A stretch of DNA of 64,000 nucleotides, taken from an uncultured Chloroflexia bacterium (lineage in GTDB: Bacteria; Chloroflexota; Limnocylindria; Limnocylindrales; CSP1-4). The notes below the pieces were generated by a model, which saw only the letters and a list, made by a program, of their open reading frames with translations, did not search any database and was not told where the DNA came from. Made by a program: the position numbers and the translations under genes. Location of the stretch: NCBI GenBank assembly GCA_963768655.1, contig CAVYIM010000006.1, positions 1 to 64,000 on the forward strand, written 5' to 3'. This document shows positions 19,593 to 32,161 of this stretch, piece by piece. Every line of letters begins with the position of its first letter. Within the stretch, counting starts at the first letter, position 1.

Positions 19593-20615
19593 ATGGCCCA
19601 GAAGGTGACGCTCATTCCAGGAGACGGCATCGGCCCCGAACTGGCCGAGGCTACCAGGCGGGTTCTCGACGCCTCGGGCGTGAAGTTCGAGTGGGAGGTC
19701 GTCGAAGCAGGCGAGGCGGTCATGGCGAAGGAGGGGACGCCGCTTCCGCAGTCCGTCCTCGACTCGATCCTTCGCAACAGGGTCGCCCTCAAGGGTCCCA
19801 TCACGACGCCGGTCGGGGTCGGCTTCCGCTCCGTCAACGTGGCCCTGCGCCAGACTCTGGGCCTGTATGCGAACCTGCGGCCGGTTCGGTCGATCCCGGG
19901 CCTCAAGACGCGCTACGACGACGTGGATCTGGTCATCGTTCGCGAGAACACTGAGGACCTGTACGCGGGCATCGAGCACATGGTCGGCCCGGACGCGGCC
20001 GAGAGCATCAAGATCATCACCCGGGCCGCCTCGGAGCGGATTGCCCGATTCGCGTTCGAGTACGCCGTCACCAACGGCCGCCGCAAAGTCACGGCCGTGC
20101 ACAAGGCCAACATCATGAAGTTCTCCGACGGCCTGTTCCTGGAGAGCTGCCGTACCATCGCCGCGCTGTACGAGGGCCGGATCGCCTTCGAGGACCGCAT
20201 CGTCGACAACATGTGCATGCAGCTCGTCCAGAAACCGGAGCTGTACGACGTGCTCGTCCTGCCCAACCTGTACGGCGACATCGTCAGCGACCTGTGCGCC
20301 GGGCTCGTCGGCGGGCTTGGCGTCGCCCCGGGGGCCAACATCGGGACGGAGGCGGCGGTCTTCGAGGCCGTGCATGGCTCCGCCCCCAAGTACGCGGGCC
20401 AGAACAAGGCCAACCCCACCGCGCTGATGCTCTCCGGCGTGCTCCTGCTCCGCCACATCGGGGCGCAGGCCGCGGCCGAGCGAGTCGAGAACGCGATCCG
20501 GGCCGTCATCGCCGACGGCCGAACCGTCACCTACGATCTCGGCGGCTCGGCCGGGACGAGCGAATTCGCCGACGCGATCGTGGCCCGCCTGGAGGCGGTG
20601 CCCACAACGGCCTGA
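19593..20615 (+). CDS. icd: isocitrate/isopropylmalate dehydrogenase family, likely NAD-dependent isocitrate dehydrogenase
   Basis: [50 protein letters not shown]; TCA-cycle context. Confidence 0.85.
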   Translation: MAQKVTLIPGDGIGPELAEATRRVLDASGVKFEWEVVEAGEAVMAKEGTPLPQSVLDSILRNRVALKGPITTPVGVGFRSVNVALRQTLGLYANLRPVRSIPGLKTRYDDVDLVIVRENTEDLYAGIEHMVGPDAAESIKIITRAASERIARFAFEYAVTNGRRKVTAVHKANIMKFSDGLFLESCRTIAALYEGRIAFEDRIVDNMCMQLVQKPELYDVLVLPNLYGDIVSDLCAGLVGGLGVAPGANIGTEAAVFEAVHGSAPKYAGQNKANPTALMLSGVLLLRHIGAQAAAERVENAIRAVIADGRTVTYDLGGSAGTSEFADAIVARLEAVPTTA

Positions 20616-20668
20616 GCGGCCGCAACTCGGGATCGGTCGAAACCGGTCGAACTGGTTCGGGAGGCGCA

Positions 20669-21034
20669 ATGCTGCTGCTTCGCTACCGCGGCACCGAGGG
20701 GATGCTGGCCTGGGCATTCCACCGCATCTCGGGGATCGCGATCTGGGCCTTCGTGCTGCTCCACGTGCTGGACATCTACCTCGCCGGCGGCAACCCGAAC
20801 GTCTACGACGACATTCTCAAGTTCTACGCCAGCACGCCCGGCCGGATCCTGGAAATCCTCCTCGGAGCGGCGCTCCTGTACCACGGCCTGAACGGGCTGC
20901 GGATCATGGCCATGGACTTCTGGCCGCGGCTGACCGTCTACCACAAGCAGATCTGGTACGCGAACTGGGTCATCTTCGTCGTCGTCGGCCTGCCGGGGGC
21001 ATGGTTGATCATCAAGCCGGCCCTGGGTCTGTAG
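20669..21034 (+). CDS. sdhC: succinate dehydrogenase cytochrome b subunit
   Basis: AWAFHRISG, LHVLD, YHGLNGLRI. Confidence 0.9.
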   Translation: MLLLRYRGTEGMLAWAFHRISGIAIWAFVLLHVLDIYLAGGNPNVYDDILKFYASTPGRILEILLGAALLYHGLNGLRIMAMDFWPRLTVYHKQIWYANWVIFVVVGLPGAWLIIKPALGL

Positions 21035-21047
21035 GAGGAGCGTCGAG

Positions 21048-21440
21048 ATGGCTCTGTACTCGCGCTCCGGCCGGCCCAAGCCTCAGAGTGGCGGCTTCGA
21101 GCTCGCGTCCTGGTACTTCATGAGAGTGTCGGGCGTGGCGCTCTTCATCCTCGCCTTCGCCCACTTCAGCCTCGAGCACTTCCTGTTCGATCCCAGCCAG
21201 GAGAGCGCTACCTGGATCTTCAATCAGCGCTGGAACAGCCTCTTCTGGCGCAGCTTCGACTGGCTGCTGCTGATGATGGTGGTGCTCCATGCTTTCCTTG
21301 GCATGCGCACCGTGACCATGGACTACCTGAAGGGTGGCCGGCGGACGCTGGCCCTCGCGACCCTCTATCTGGTCGGCGTCCTGGTCTTCGTCATGGGCAC
21401 GATCGTCGTCATGTCCGTCCCACTCACGATGCCGAGCTGA
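21048..21440 (+). CDS. sdhD: succinate dehydrogenase membrane anchor
   Basis: WYFMRVSG, HAFLGMRTVTMDY. Confidence 0.88.
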   Translation: MALYSRSGRPKPQSGGFELASWYFMRVSGVALFILAFAHFSLEHFLFDPSQESATWIFNQRWNSLFWRSFDWLLLMMVVLHAFLGMRTVTMDYLKGGRRTLALATLYLVGVLVFVMGTIVVMSVPLTMPS

Positions 21441-21443
21441 CCG

Positions 21444-23203
<1,760 letters not shown>

Positions 23204-23208
23204 GGCCG

Positions 23209-23914
23209 ATGCCAATGAACGTCGATCTGCGCATCCTCCGCTACGACCCCGAGCGCGACCCGGCTCCGCACTGGGAGACGCTACCACCTCGCCGTCGATC
23301 CGATGGACCGCGTTCTCGATCTGCTGATCAAGGTGAAGGCGGAGCAGGACGGCTCGCTCAGCTTCCGGCGCTCCTGCGGCCACGGCATCTGCGGCTCGGA
23401 CGCGATGATGATCAACAACCGCAACCGGCTGGCCTGCCGGATTCGGGTCGACCAGCTGGGCAAGAAGATCTCGGTCGCACCGCTGCCGGGCCTGCCCGTC
23501 GTGAAGGACGTGGTCGTCGAAATGAGCGGCTTCTTCGGCAAGTACCGCTCCGTGAAGCCGTACCTCATCAACGAGCAGCCCGAACCGGAGCGCGAGAGGC
23601 GCCAGAGCCCGGAGGACCGGGCCCGCTTCGACGACACCACCAAGTGCATCCTGTGCGCCGCCTGCACCGCCTCGTGCCCGTCCTTCTGGGCGCGGCCCGA
23701 GTACGTCGGCCCGGCGGCGATCGTCCAGGCCCATCGCTTCATCTTCGACTCTCGGGACGAGGGCGCGGCCGAACGGCTGGAGATCCTCTCCGACGAGGAC
23801 GGCGTGTGGCGGTGCCGGACGATCTTCAACTGCGTCGACGCCTGCCCACGCGGGATCAACATCACGCGGGCGATCCTGGAAGTCTCTTCGGCGATCGTGG
23901 GGCGACGAGGCTGA
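23209..23914 (+). CDS. sdhB: succinate dehydrogenase Fe-S subunit (frameshift ~23280)
   Basis: FRRSCGHGICGSD, CILCAACTASCP, CRTIFNCVDACP. Confidence 0.92.
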
Positions 23915-23949
23915 GCGCTCGGGGCCGGGGCCGCCGGCCGGGCGCCACA

Positions 23950-24050
23950 CGCCGCTCTGACGAGCGCTGGCCAAGGCGCCGACGAGCACGGCAGCGAGCG
24001 CCCCTGAAGGTGCCTTAGCGTGGAGCACAGGAGGCAACACGGGCATGAGC
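23950..24050 (-). repeat. diverged inverted copy of the 5.9-6.2 kb repeat element
   Basis: Ungapped manual alignment to 5931-6031 gives about 73/101 identities. Confidence 0.8.
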
Positions 24051-24129
24051 CGGCTGAGCGAGCAAGACGCAAGCGCGGTCCGGCCGTCCCAGCCCCGGGA
24101 TCCGGAGTGCGGATTCCCTGTGGAGCTCG

Positions 24130-24650
24130 GTGGGTGCCGGGCCTGAGGCGCCGTCGTCCGGTGTCGCGGGAGCGGATGCCCGCGGGCTGCGGCTGATCGT
24201 ACGAACGGACGGCGCCGCCCGCGGGAACCCCGGGCCGTCTTCGTCGGGCGCGGTCCTGATCGACGCCTCGGCCGCGGGCGCGCGGCGGCCCGACGCCGTC
24301 GCCGATCGCGACGATCTCGGAGTACCTGGGCGTCCAGACCAACAACGTGGCCGAGTACACGGCCGTGTTGCGGGCGCTGGCTCTCGCCGAAGAGCTGGGC
24401 GCGCGTCGAGGTCGAGATGCTGCTCGACTCGAAGCTGATCGTGGAGCAGCTCCACGGTCGCTGGCGGGTCAAGGACGCCAAGCTGATCCCGCTCCACGCC
24501 GAGGCGAAGGCGCGGCTGGGCCGATTCGAGCGCTGGAGCGCCACGCACGTCCCGCGGGCTCAGAACAAGCAGGCCGACGCGCTGTGCAACGACGCGATCG
24601 ACAGGGCCCAGGCCGGCGGACCGCGGGTGGTCGTCGTTCGGCCGGGGTAG
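24130..24650 (+). CDS. rnhA: ribonuclease HI family protein (frameshifted ~24300 and ~24405)
   Basis: TDGAARGNPGP, TNNVAEY, DSKLIVEQLHGRWRVK, HVPRAQNKQADALCN spread over three frames. Confidence 0.85.
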
Positions 24651-24696
24651 GGGAGCGCTGGGGCAGGTCCGGTTCGCAGGCCGGGTGGCCGCCCCG

Positions 24697-25524
24697 CTAC
24701 ACGATCTTGAGTCCTTCGATGCCGGTCTCGGGCTCGGGGAACTGCGGGTTCAGCTCGTCGATGGCGTCGGCCACGATCTCGCTGACTGCCAGGTTGCGCA
24801 GCCAGTTGTGATCGGACGGGATCAGCTGCCAGGGCGCGTAGTCGGTGCTCGTTTCGGCGAGCATCTCCTCGAAGGCGGCCCGGTACTGGTCCCAGAACTT
24901 GCGCTCCGCGACGTCGCTCATCGAGAACTTCCAGCGCTTGGTCGGATCGTCGACGCGCTCCTGGAAGCGCTGACGCTGCGTGTCCTTGTCGATGGCCAGG
25001 AAGAACTTGAGGATCGTCACGCCTTCCTGGGTGAGCATCAGCTCCCAATCGCGGATCTCGCCGTAGTGGCGCCGCCACTGCTCCTCGGGCTCCAGGTTGT
25101 GAACGCGAACGATCAGGACCTGCTCGTAGTGGCTGCGGTTGAAGATGCCGATCTCGCCCTTGCCCGGGACGGCGGCATGGACCCGCCACAGGTAGTCGTG
25201 GGCCAACTCTATTGGTGTCGGCTCCTTGAACGAAGTGACCGGCGTGCCCTGGGGGTTGAAGGCACCGGCGATGACCCTGATCGTGCCGTCTTTGCCCGCC
25301 GCATCGATCCCCTGGAGGACGATCAGGACCGCGTGCTTGGCCTCCGCGTAGATGCGGTTCTGGAGATCCGTCAACCGGGTCAGGTTGGCCGCGAGAACCT
25401 CCTCGGCCTCGTCTTTCTGGCGCCCGAAGGTTTGCCCGCAATCGAACTTGGCAAGGTCCACCTTCTCGCCCGGCTTGATGCGCGTCAGCTCGCGCAGGCT
25501 GTGCTGGGTCGCCTTCTTGGCCAT
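24697..25524 (-). CDS. ppk2: polyphosphate kinase 2 family protein
   Basis: LQGIDAAGKDGTI, FKEPT, HDYLWR, FNRSHYE, KRWKFS. Confidence 0.93.
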   Translation of the reverse strand: MAKKATQHSLRELTRIKPGEKVDLAKFDCGQTFGRQKDEAEEVLAANLTRLTDLQNRIYAEAKHAVLIVLQGIDAAGKDGTIRVIAGAFNPQGTPVTSFKEPTPIELAHDYLWRVHAAVPGKGEIGIFNRSHYEQVLIVRVHNLEPEEQWRRHYGEIRDWELMLTQEGVTILKFFLAIDKDTQRQRFQERVDDPTKRWKFSMSDVAERKFWDQYRAAFEEMLAETSTDYAPWQLIPSDHNWLRNLAVSEIVADAIDELNPQFPEPETGIEGLKIV

Positions 25525-25604
25525 TTCCGCGCTCCTGCCACTGCGATCGTGGGGTTTCGGCCTGCATCGTACTGCCGGCTGCGGCTACCGGTCAGGAAGG
25601 GAGG

Positions 25605-26165
25605 TCAACCGTTGAGGTGGGCTCGATACCTGACCTCGACGGCAGATGTGCCGCCCAGCTCCAGCGCCTGGCGGCCGCCGTCGGGCTGCCAGCCCATCGC
25701 CTCGTAGAAGCCGCGGGCCCGAGCATTGTCCTCGAAGACCCAGAGGACCATGGTCTTCGCGCCGCCGCGGCGCCAGTGGTCCACCGCGGTGTCCAGCAGC
25801 GCCCGGCCCAGCCCCTGCCGCCACTCATCTTCGAGGACGTAGATCGCGTAGATCTCGGCCGCGGGCGATCGCACGTCCTCGTCCCGCGGCGGGCCGCTGC
25901 TAACGAAGCCGACGACGCGGCCGGCGCGCTCTACGACCCACGTCGGAGCGCCGGCGGCCACGTCTCGGGCCAGCCTTTCTCGCCATGCCATCTCCCGAAC
26001 GTCGACGCGCAGCCCATCGAGGAAGTCGTCGGGGAGCATCCCTCGATAGGCAGCCCGCCAGCCCGCGACGACTACCTCGGCGATGGCGCGAGCGTCGGCG
26101 AGGCCGGCCCTGCGAATCAGGAGCCCGGCCGATTCGACCTCGCGCTGCCGCCCAGCGTCCACCAT
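25605..26165 (-). CDS. GNAT N-acetyltransferase
   Basis: IYAIYV...WRQGLGRALL...LWVFEDNARARGFYEAMGW. Confidence 0.9.
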   Translation of the reverse strand: MVDAGRQREVESAGLLIRRAGLADARAIAEVVVAGWRAAYRGMLPDDFLDGLRVDVREMAWRERLARDVAAGAPTWVVERAGRVVGFVSSGPPRDEDVRSPAAEIYAIYVLEDEWRQGLGRALLDTAVDHWRRGGAKTMVLWVFEDNARARGFYEAMGWQPDGGRQALELGGTSAVEVRYRAHLNG

Positions 26166-26228
26166 CACCTCCTGCCGGACCACGAGACCGATTTGGCTCG
26201 CCCAGCCGGCTGGACTAGAATGCCGCCC

Positions 26229-26597
26229 GGCGAGTCGGCCGGACGATCGCGCGCATCCGGCTTCGGTCGGGGACGCGAGGAAAGTCCGAGCTCCTCAGCG
26301 CAGGGTAGCGGGTAACGCCCGTCCGCCGTGAGGCGAGGACCAGTGCCACAGAGACGTAGCCGGGCTCGGGGTGACCCGAGAGCGGTAGGTGAAACGCGGC
26401 AAACTCTGCTCGGAGCAAGGCCAAATAGGAGGACGCGGTTCGAACGCTCGGGCAACCGGTCGATCGAACGGAAGAGGTCGCGCTGCCCAGTCCTCGGGTC
26501 GGCCGCTTGAGCCGTCGGGTAACCGGCGGCCAGAGATGGATGATCGTCGCCACGACGCAGGTCGCGGCACAGAACTCGGCTTACAGGCCGGCTCGCC
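26229..26597 (+). ncRNA. rnpB: RNase P RNA (type A)
   Basis: GAGGAAAGTCCGAGCTC, AGTGCCACAGA, GGTGAAACGCGGCAAACTC, GAGCAAGGCCAAATAGG, ACAGAACTCGGCTTAC; complementary ends; TAGAAT -10 at 26216-26221. Confidence 0.97.
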
Positions 26598-26654
26598 GCC
26601 ACTCTGTCAGCCGCCATACAGTCGGGTGAACGCGGCCCGGCGCTCAGACGCGCC

Positions 26655-26897
26655 TCAGTCCTCGTCGGGTCGGAAGACGTGATCGGCCTGGCATAGAGCG
26701 CAGACCCCGGCGCTCGACTCGAGGTCGCCCAGCGGCAGCGGAAGCCGGCGATCGGGATACAGGCAGCTCACCTCGTAGACGGCTCGTCCCGCGATGTCCA
26801 CGCGACTCAGACGCCGGAAAGTGCAGCGGCGGATCCGGGGCGCCGCCTCAGGGGCGGCGAGGGGCGTGAGTTCGGTGATGCGCTGTGGCAGGGCCAT
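26655..26897 (-). CDS. small 4-Cys hypothetical protein (80 aa)
   Basis: RRCTFRR...VSCLYP...VCALC; GGAGG upstream. Confidence 0.65.
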   Translation of the reverse strand: MALPQRITELTPLAAPEAAPRIRRCTFRRLSRVDIAGRAVYEVSCLYPDRRLPLPLGDLESSAGVCALCQADHVFRPDED

Positions 26898-27037
26898 GGC
26901 GGCTGCTGGGAACCTCCGAAGGCCGGGAGGCTAGCATCGAATCTGGCGCCACGGCAAGGGTCGAAAGGTACTAGACTGCCGGGCGGCGGCTGTCCGGACC
27001 GAGTGGCCGGGGTCGTCGTCAACGTTCAGGAGAGTGC

Positions 27038-28102
27038 GTGGACGCACGCGGAGGGTCGAACGGCGAAGGGCGGGACGATCAGATCCCGCCCGATCAAGAC
27101 GGACCGAGGATAGGGCGCGGACGCGGAGCGGGCAGAGGTGGCTCCGGCGCCAACGATCCCCTCCTGATGGCTGTGCCCAAGGGCAGCGGCGAATCGGACT
27201 TGATCGGGGCCGAGACGCGCGGCGCGACTTCCCAGGACCTCGACCAGTCGGCTGCCTACCCAGATTGGGCCGAGGCGACTCCCGGCACCGACGGTCCGGC
27301 TTATTGCAAGTTCCTGCGCAGCATCAGCCCGGATGGCAAGCTCTTCGAACCTCGCGAGGACGCCGTCCCAACGCATCGCTGCGCCGCCTTCGGTGATCCA
27401 TTGCCTCTTTCGCTGCGTCAGCAGGAGCTGGTCTGCCTGCAGCGCGTCCACGTCAGCTGCCCTCGCTACATGCGCGGTACGCTGCTGGCCGAGGAATCCG
27501 CGGCGGCGGCCGCCGTAGCCAAGCCGCGCTCGGGCGTGCCCTACCTGACCATCGCGGGCCTCGGGCTCGTGGCCCTTGCGGGCGTCGTGTTGATCGCCAC
27601 GATGATGGGGGCCCTGCCGGGAATCTCGGGTGGCCCGGGTTCCACCGCGTCATCCTCCCTGGTTGCCGCAAACAGCCCCAGCGCGACGCCGACAGCTGTG
27701 TCGACGCTGACGGCCGTGCCGACGATCACCCTGGTCCCGACGCCGCTGCCGACTGCCACGCCGCTGCCTACCGCCACGCCGCTGCCCACCGCCACGCCGG
27801 TGGTGTCGCCCAGCCCCAGCCCCACGCCTGCGCCCACACCGGTCGCGTCCGCCACATGGCCGCCCGGCGCCACGGCATCCCGAATGAACCTGGTGGTGGC
27901 CTGTCCGGGCCAGGCGAATTGCTACATCTACACCGTCAGAGGACCGGGCCCGAGCGGCAACGGATCCAAGGTGGCGGACACAGCCCCGGGCATCGCGCAG
28001 TTCTTCGGGGTCAGCCTGAGCAAGATCTACGCCATGAACCCGGGGGCGTCCTCCGGCGTCCACCCCGGCGAAAAGTTGAAGATCCCGCCGCCCACCCGCT
28101 GA
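27038..28102 (+). CDS. bitopic membrane protein: Cys/His-rich N domain, TM, Pro/Thr linker, C-terminal LysM-like domain
   Basis: CKFL..HRC..C..HVSCP; hydrophobic helix; PTATPL repeats; [32 protein letters not shown]. Confidence 0.8.
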   Translation: MDARGGSNGEGRDDQIPPDQDGPRIGRGRGAGRGGSGANDPLLMAVPKGSGESDLIGAETRGATSQDLDQSAAYPDWAEATPGTDGPAYCKFLRSISPDGKLFEPREDAVPTHRCAAFGDPLPLSLRQQELVCLQRVHVSCPRYMRGTLLAEESAAAAAVAKPRSGVPYLTIAGLGLVALAGVVLIATMMGALPGISGGPGSTASSSLVAANSPSATPTAVSTLTAVPTITLVPTPLPTATPLPTATPLPTATPVVSPSPSPTPAPTPVASATWPPGATASRMNLVVACPGQANCYIYTVRGPGPSGNGSKVADTAPGIAQFFGVSLSKIYAMNPGASSGVHPGEKLKIPPPTR

Positions 28103-28268
28103 CGCGCGCTCAGGTTCCAGCCCAGCACGGCCATCGCCCGTCACGACCGCGAGCGAGACTCCGCCGGCGATCGGTGGACCCGGCTGGCGTCGTTTGCCCC
28201 AGGCAGCCTTCGTCGTCTTGCCCCTCCGCCGCAGAGGGCTCGGACACGCCAATAGTTCGGCCGGTGTC

Positions 28269-28295
28269 TCAGGAGACGGCAGGAATCGCCGAAAC
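28269..28295 (+). promoter_or_regulatory. sigma28 (FliA/SigD)-like promoter upstream of the MCP
   Basis: TCAG-N15-GCCGAAAC versus consensus TAAA-N15-GCCGATAA. Confidence 0.55.
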
Positions 28296-28427
28296 CTACC
28301 GCAGCAGCCGTATCCGACGGGCCGGGGTAGTGCCGACGCACCGCCAATCCTGCGGAAGGGCTGCTGTCCGGGCTCCGTGCCGGCCCGGCGCGGCAAATCG
28401 CCGCCGGCAGCCCGCGGAAGGTGTGTC

Positions 28428-30485
28428 ATGCGTCGCTCGCTCCAATTCAAGCTCATCGGCGTATTCGCCATCGTGATCGGCATCATGGCTGTCGCCGCTG
28501 CCGCGGCGGTGGGGTGCGCCCTGGCTGCCCGGACCGATACGACCAGGGTGAACAGCACCTACCTGCCGGCGACGCGCGCGGTAGGGGACCTGCACACCTC
28601 CGTAGCGAAGTACCACGGCGACCAGCTGTCCTTCCTGGCCGCCGAAGACCCGTCGTTTCAGGCGGCTGCGGCCTCCCGCATGGCGACGGATCAGAGCCAG
28701 GCTGACGATGCCCTCACGAGTCTGGCCGGGTTGGCGCTCAGCCCGGATGAGCGGACCAGGTACGCGGCCGTGGAGGCCGACTGGCAGGCATATCTTGGCG
28801 TAACCGCCGACCTGGCCACGGCCAACGTGTCCTTCGAGCTGGTGGCATTCGACGACGGCCGGCCGGGCACGACCTATGCGGCTCTCGATGCCGACATCGA
28901 CGGTCTCTACGGCGCTGTTTCCGCGACCGCCAACGGGGCGGCGCTGGATGCCAACTCTCTGATGGGGTCCCTGCCCATCTTCCTGGTCGGTGGCTGCGTG
29001 CTTGCGGTCGCGACCGGTTGGTTCTTCGCCCTGCTGCTTTCCCGCGCAATCGTGAACGGCGTCCGGGACGTTCATCGGACCCTCACATCGATGGCCGAAG
29101 GGTGCGCCGGCAGCCTGGAGGCCGGCCTTGCGGCGCTCGCCCAGAACGATTTGACGGTCCGGGTCCAGGCCGGCACCGAGCCGATCGACAACTGCGGCGA
29201 GGATGAGATCGGCCAGATGGCACAGGCCGCGAACGAGATGCTGGCCCGACTCCACGCCGCCATGGACAGCTACGAACAGGCACGGAACAATCTCTCGTCC
29301 GCCCTGGGTGAGGTCAACGTGGCGGCCCAGTCCGTGTCCCGGACGGCGTTCGAAGTCAACAGTGCCGCCGTCCAGTCGGGCCATGGGTCGCAGCAGATCG
29401 CCGAGACGATCGGTCAGGTGGCGTCCGGGGCCGCCGACCAGGCCCGCGCGTCGATGGAGACCACGGGCGCGGTGGGCGACCTGCGCAACGTCATCGAGCA
29501 GGTTCGCGGCGGGGCCGCCGAGACGGCCCGCAGCGTCGACGCGCAGGCGGCCGCCGTGGGCGAGATGACTCGCTCCATCCGCTCCGCGTCGCGCGCCTCG
29601 GCCGACGTCCACAGCCTGGGGGCGGCGGCCGCCGAAGCGGCCGGCAACGGCGCTGCGACCGTCCGTCAGACCGTCGATGGAATGACACGCATCAAGGACG
29701 CAGTTGAAGGTGCGGCGGCCGCGGTAGCTCAGCTCGGGGCCAAGTCCGACCAGATCGGCGCCATCGTCGAGACGATCGACGACATCGCCGAGCAGACGAA
29801 CCTGCTGGCGCTCAACGCCGCCATCGAGGCCGCCCGGGCCGGCGAGCAGGGCAAGGGCTTCGCCGTCGTCGCGGACGAGGTCCGCAAGCTGGCCGAGCGC
29901 TCGAGCCGCGCCACCAAGGAGATCGCGGATCTCATCGGCGACGTACAGCGCGAGACCGAGGCCGCGGTCAAGGCGATGACCGCCGGGGCCGGCGAAGTGG
30001 CCGCCGGGGCCGAGCTGGCCGAGCGCGCCGGAGCCGCCCTCGACGACATCTCTGGAGCTGTCCAATCTTCCAACGCGGCCGTGAGCCGGATCGTCCAGGC
30101 CATGGAGACGATGCAGAGCACCAGCGCCGGGTTGGTCGCTGCTTCTGACGCGATCGCCGCGATAGCCGAGCAGACCAACGCCTCCGCCGAGTCGATGTCG
30201 GGCAGCGCCGTCCAGGTCGGTCATGCCGTGGAGTCCATAGCGGCGATCAGCGAACAGAACTCGGCCTCGGCCGAGGAGGTCTCGGCCGCGACGGAGCAAC
30301 TCTCCGCCCAGGCAGAGGAGGTCGTGGCTTCGGCGGCGACATTGGCGGACATGGCCGCCAGCCTCGAGACGCTCGTGGCACGGTTCCGCCTGGATCGGAA
30401 CGCGGGGACACTGATCGAACCCCTGTCAGTCGGCGGTGCGAATGACGCCGGGGCTGGGGTCGTCGGGCGCCGCCGGGCCGCCTGA
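28428..30485 (+). CDS. methyl-accepting chemotaxis protein (4-helix-bundle sensor, HAMP, long signalling domain)
   Basis: Two TM segments, [44 protein letters not shown]. Confidence 0.95.
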   Translation: MRRSLQFKLIGVFAIVIGIMAVAAAAAVGCALAARTDTTRVNSTYLPATRAVGDLHTSVAKYHGDQLSFLAAEDPSFQAAAASRMATDQSQADDALTSLAGLALSPDERTRYAAVEADWQAYLGVTADLATANVSFELVAFDDGRPGTTYAALDADIDGLYGAVSATANGAALDANSLMGSLPIFLVGGCVLAVATGWFFALLLSRAIVNGVRDVHRTLTSMAEGCAGSLEAGLAALAQNDLTVRVQAGTEPIDNCGEDEIGQMAQAANEMLARLHAAMDSYEQARNNLSSALGEVNVAAQSVSRTAFEVNSAAVQSGHGSQQIAETIGQVASGAADQARASMETTGAVGDLRNVIEQVRGGAAETARSVDAQAAAVGEMTRSIRSASRASADVHSLGAAAAEAAGNGAATVRQTVDGMTRIKDAVEGAAAAVAQLGAKSDQIGAIVETIDDIAEQTNLLALNAAIEAARAGEQGKGFAVVADEVRKLAERSSRATKEIADLIGDVQRETEAAVKAMTAGAGEVAAGAELAERAGAALDDISGAVQSSNAAVSRIVQAMETMQSTSAGLVAASDAIAAIAEQTNASAESMSGSAVQVGHAVESIAAISEQNSASAEEVSAATEQLSAQAEEVVASAATLADMAASLETLVARFRLDRNAGTLIEPLSVGGANDAGAGVVGRRRAA

Positions 30486-30662
30486 CGCGGATCGTCTCTC
30501 CCAGCAGCCGCGAGCGTTTCCGCACCTACCCGGTTGGCTGGTGCGGTTGCGATCGGGTACTGGACCGGGCGGGCCCTATGGCACTGGCGGCGACCGAACC
30601 TCGGGAATGCAAGATAGGGGCAAGTCCGGCGAGTCCGCCGGCCCGAGGCAGGAGTCGAGGCG

Positions 30663-31067
30663 ATGACGATCGGTTGGCAGTCGAGCATGGAGACGGGCGC
30701 TCCACTCCTCGATGCCCAGCATCGGTCGCTCGTCGAACGGGCGGCCGCACTGGTTGCCGCCATCGAGCGCGGCGACGCGCGCCCGATCGTGGAGCGGGCC
30801 CTGCTCGAATTCGGCAACTACTCCGTCCGTCACTTCTCGATGGACGAGGATTGCAGCCTGCGCGGCAGCTGCCCGGCTCTCGAATGGAACGGCAACGCGA
30901 GGGCTCAGCTGATCCGGATCATGGCCGATTTCCGAGAGGCTTATGAGCGGGCCGGAGCCACACCCGAAGTGGCCGAGAGCCTTTCCTGCCGGCTCTCCGA
31001 TTGGGTCGCCCGCTACGTCCCCGGCCCCGCCACGATGGTTCGACCCTGCGCTACGAACTCGCGGTAG
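30663..31067 (+). CDS. hemerythrin-like protein, C-terminal iron ligands missing
   Basis: W...METG...LDAQHRSL...Y..RHFSMDE; later HxxxH and HxxxxD motifs absent. Confidence 0.7.
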   Translation: MTIGWQSSMETGAPLLDAQHRSLVERAAALVAAIERGDARPIVERALLEFGNYSVRHFSMDEDCSLRGSCPALEWNGNARAQLIRIMADFREAYERAGATPEVAESLSCRLSDWVARYVPGPATMVRPCATNSR

Positions 31068-31353
31068 CGAACAGCCTGGCGAAGCCCGGATAGGCCCGCA
31101 GAGGGATCAGCTCGAAGTCGATGAGCCCGGCCGCGACCAGGGGCAGGGTCGCCAGGACCAGCCGAGCTTCGTTTACGTCGGCGCATTCCAGAGTCAGCAC
31201 CGCCGCTGGGATGTCGGCCCGAAAGAACAGCTCGCGGATGGATCCGGCCTGATGCAGCTCCCACGCCCTGCGAGCCTCGGCGGCTGACAATTCTGGAGTG
31301 AACCGATCGTCGGCCACGCCGGGGACCGGCCGCTCGATCGCCAGGATGCGCAT
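31051..31353 (-). CDS. muconolactone delta-isomerase-like (dimeric alpha/beta barrel) protein
   Basis: AEARRAWELHQAGSIRELFFRAD..AVLTLEC...LATLPLV..GLIDFELIPL.AY. Confidence 0.7.
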   Translation of the reverse strand: MRILAIERPVPGVADDRFTPELSAAEARRAWELHQAGSIRELFFRADIPAAVLTLECADVNEARLVLATLPLVAAGLIDFELIPLRAYPGFARLFATASS

Positions 31354-31527
31354 GGCTCTCCTCCGGGCTCCACGGTCGCCGGCGCGACGACCGACGCTCG
31401 GATTGTGGCGCATGCCGGGCCGTGCCGCGTTGCGGGGGTCCGCGGCCGGGGTCCGCGGCCGCCGGCCGCCTGCCGTCTCCTGCCGGCCAGTGGAGATGCC
31501 GCCGGTAGAGCCCTCGCGGAACGGACG

Positions 31528-31597
31528 TTGACGTGTGGTGGGGCGGGTGTATGATCCGCGAAGTGGCGAATTGTGGTGGTTGGTGGTGGAGAGTGAA
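31528..31597 (+). promoter_or_regulatory. dcw (mraZ) promoter with MraZ-type GTGG repeats
   Basis: TTGACG 31528, TATGAT 31550; GTGG at 31563, 31573 and 31583 and GTGA at 31593 (10-bp period). Confidence 0.75.
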
Positions 31598-31730
31598 GGC
31601 ATTGCCCTAGACCAGACCCACCGGGTGGGGATCGGAACCCGATCGGAGCGCCGAACGGGGCCCGAACGCACAGGCCACCGGCCACATGGAATCGCGGCCT
31701 TCCGCGGATAGACGAGCAGGCAACGGATCG

Positions 31731-32159
31731 ATGTTCACCGGCGAATACAGACACTCGGTGGACGCCAAGGGTCGGGTAGCCATCCCGGTCCGTTTCCGCG
31801 CGCCGCTGGGCGAGGGCGCGATGCTGGCCCGCTGGGTGGACGGCTGCGCCGCCATCTTCCCCAGGTCCTCCTTCGAGGAGCTGGCCGAGAAGGTCTCCAA
31901 GCTGCCGATCTCCGACGAGCGCGCCAGGGCCTTCTCGCGGTTCCTCTTCTCGGGCTCCTTCGAGGTCGAAACCGACCAGCAAGGCCGGATCCTGCTGCCG
32001 GCCGCGATCAAGGAGTGGTCCGGGGTCGGGGCCGACGCCGTGGTGGTCGGCGCCCGAGATCACGTCGAGATCTGGGACCCGGGTCGGTGGGCGAAGTCGC
32101 AGCAGGCCGTCAACTCGGCCGACGCGCTCGCCTCGCACCTGACCGGGCTGGGCATCTAG
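31731..32159 (+). CDS. mraZ: division/cell wall cluster repressor MraZ
   Basis: MFTGEYRHSVDAKGRVAIP, DQQGRILLP, HVEIWD. Confidence 0.95.
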   Translation: MFTGEYRHSVDAKGRVAIPVRFRAPLGEGAMLARWVDGCAAIFPRSSFEELAEKVSKLPISDERARAFSRFLFSGSFEVETDQQGRILLPAAIKEWSGVGADAVVVGARDHVEIWDPGRWAKSQQAVNSADALASHLTGLGI

Positions 32160-32161
32160 CG

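Noticed and set aside
28150-28427. c-di-GMP riboswitch upstream of the MCP
   Set aside because: Only generic GC stems (e.g. CAGCAGCC/GGCTGCTG); no GGCAAA..GAAA..GACGCAAAG signature.
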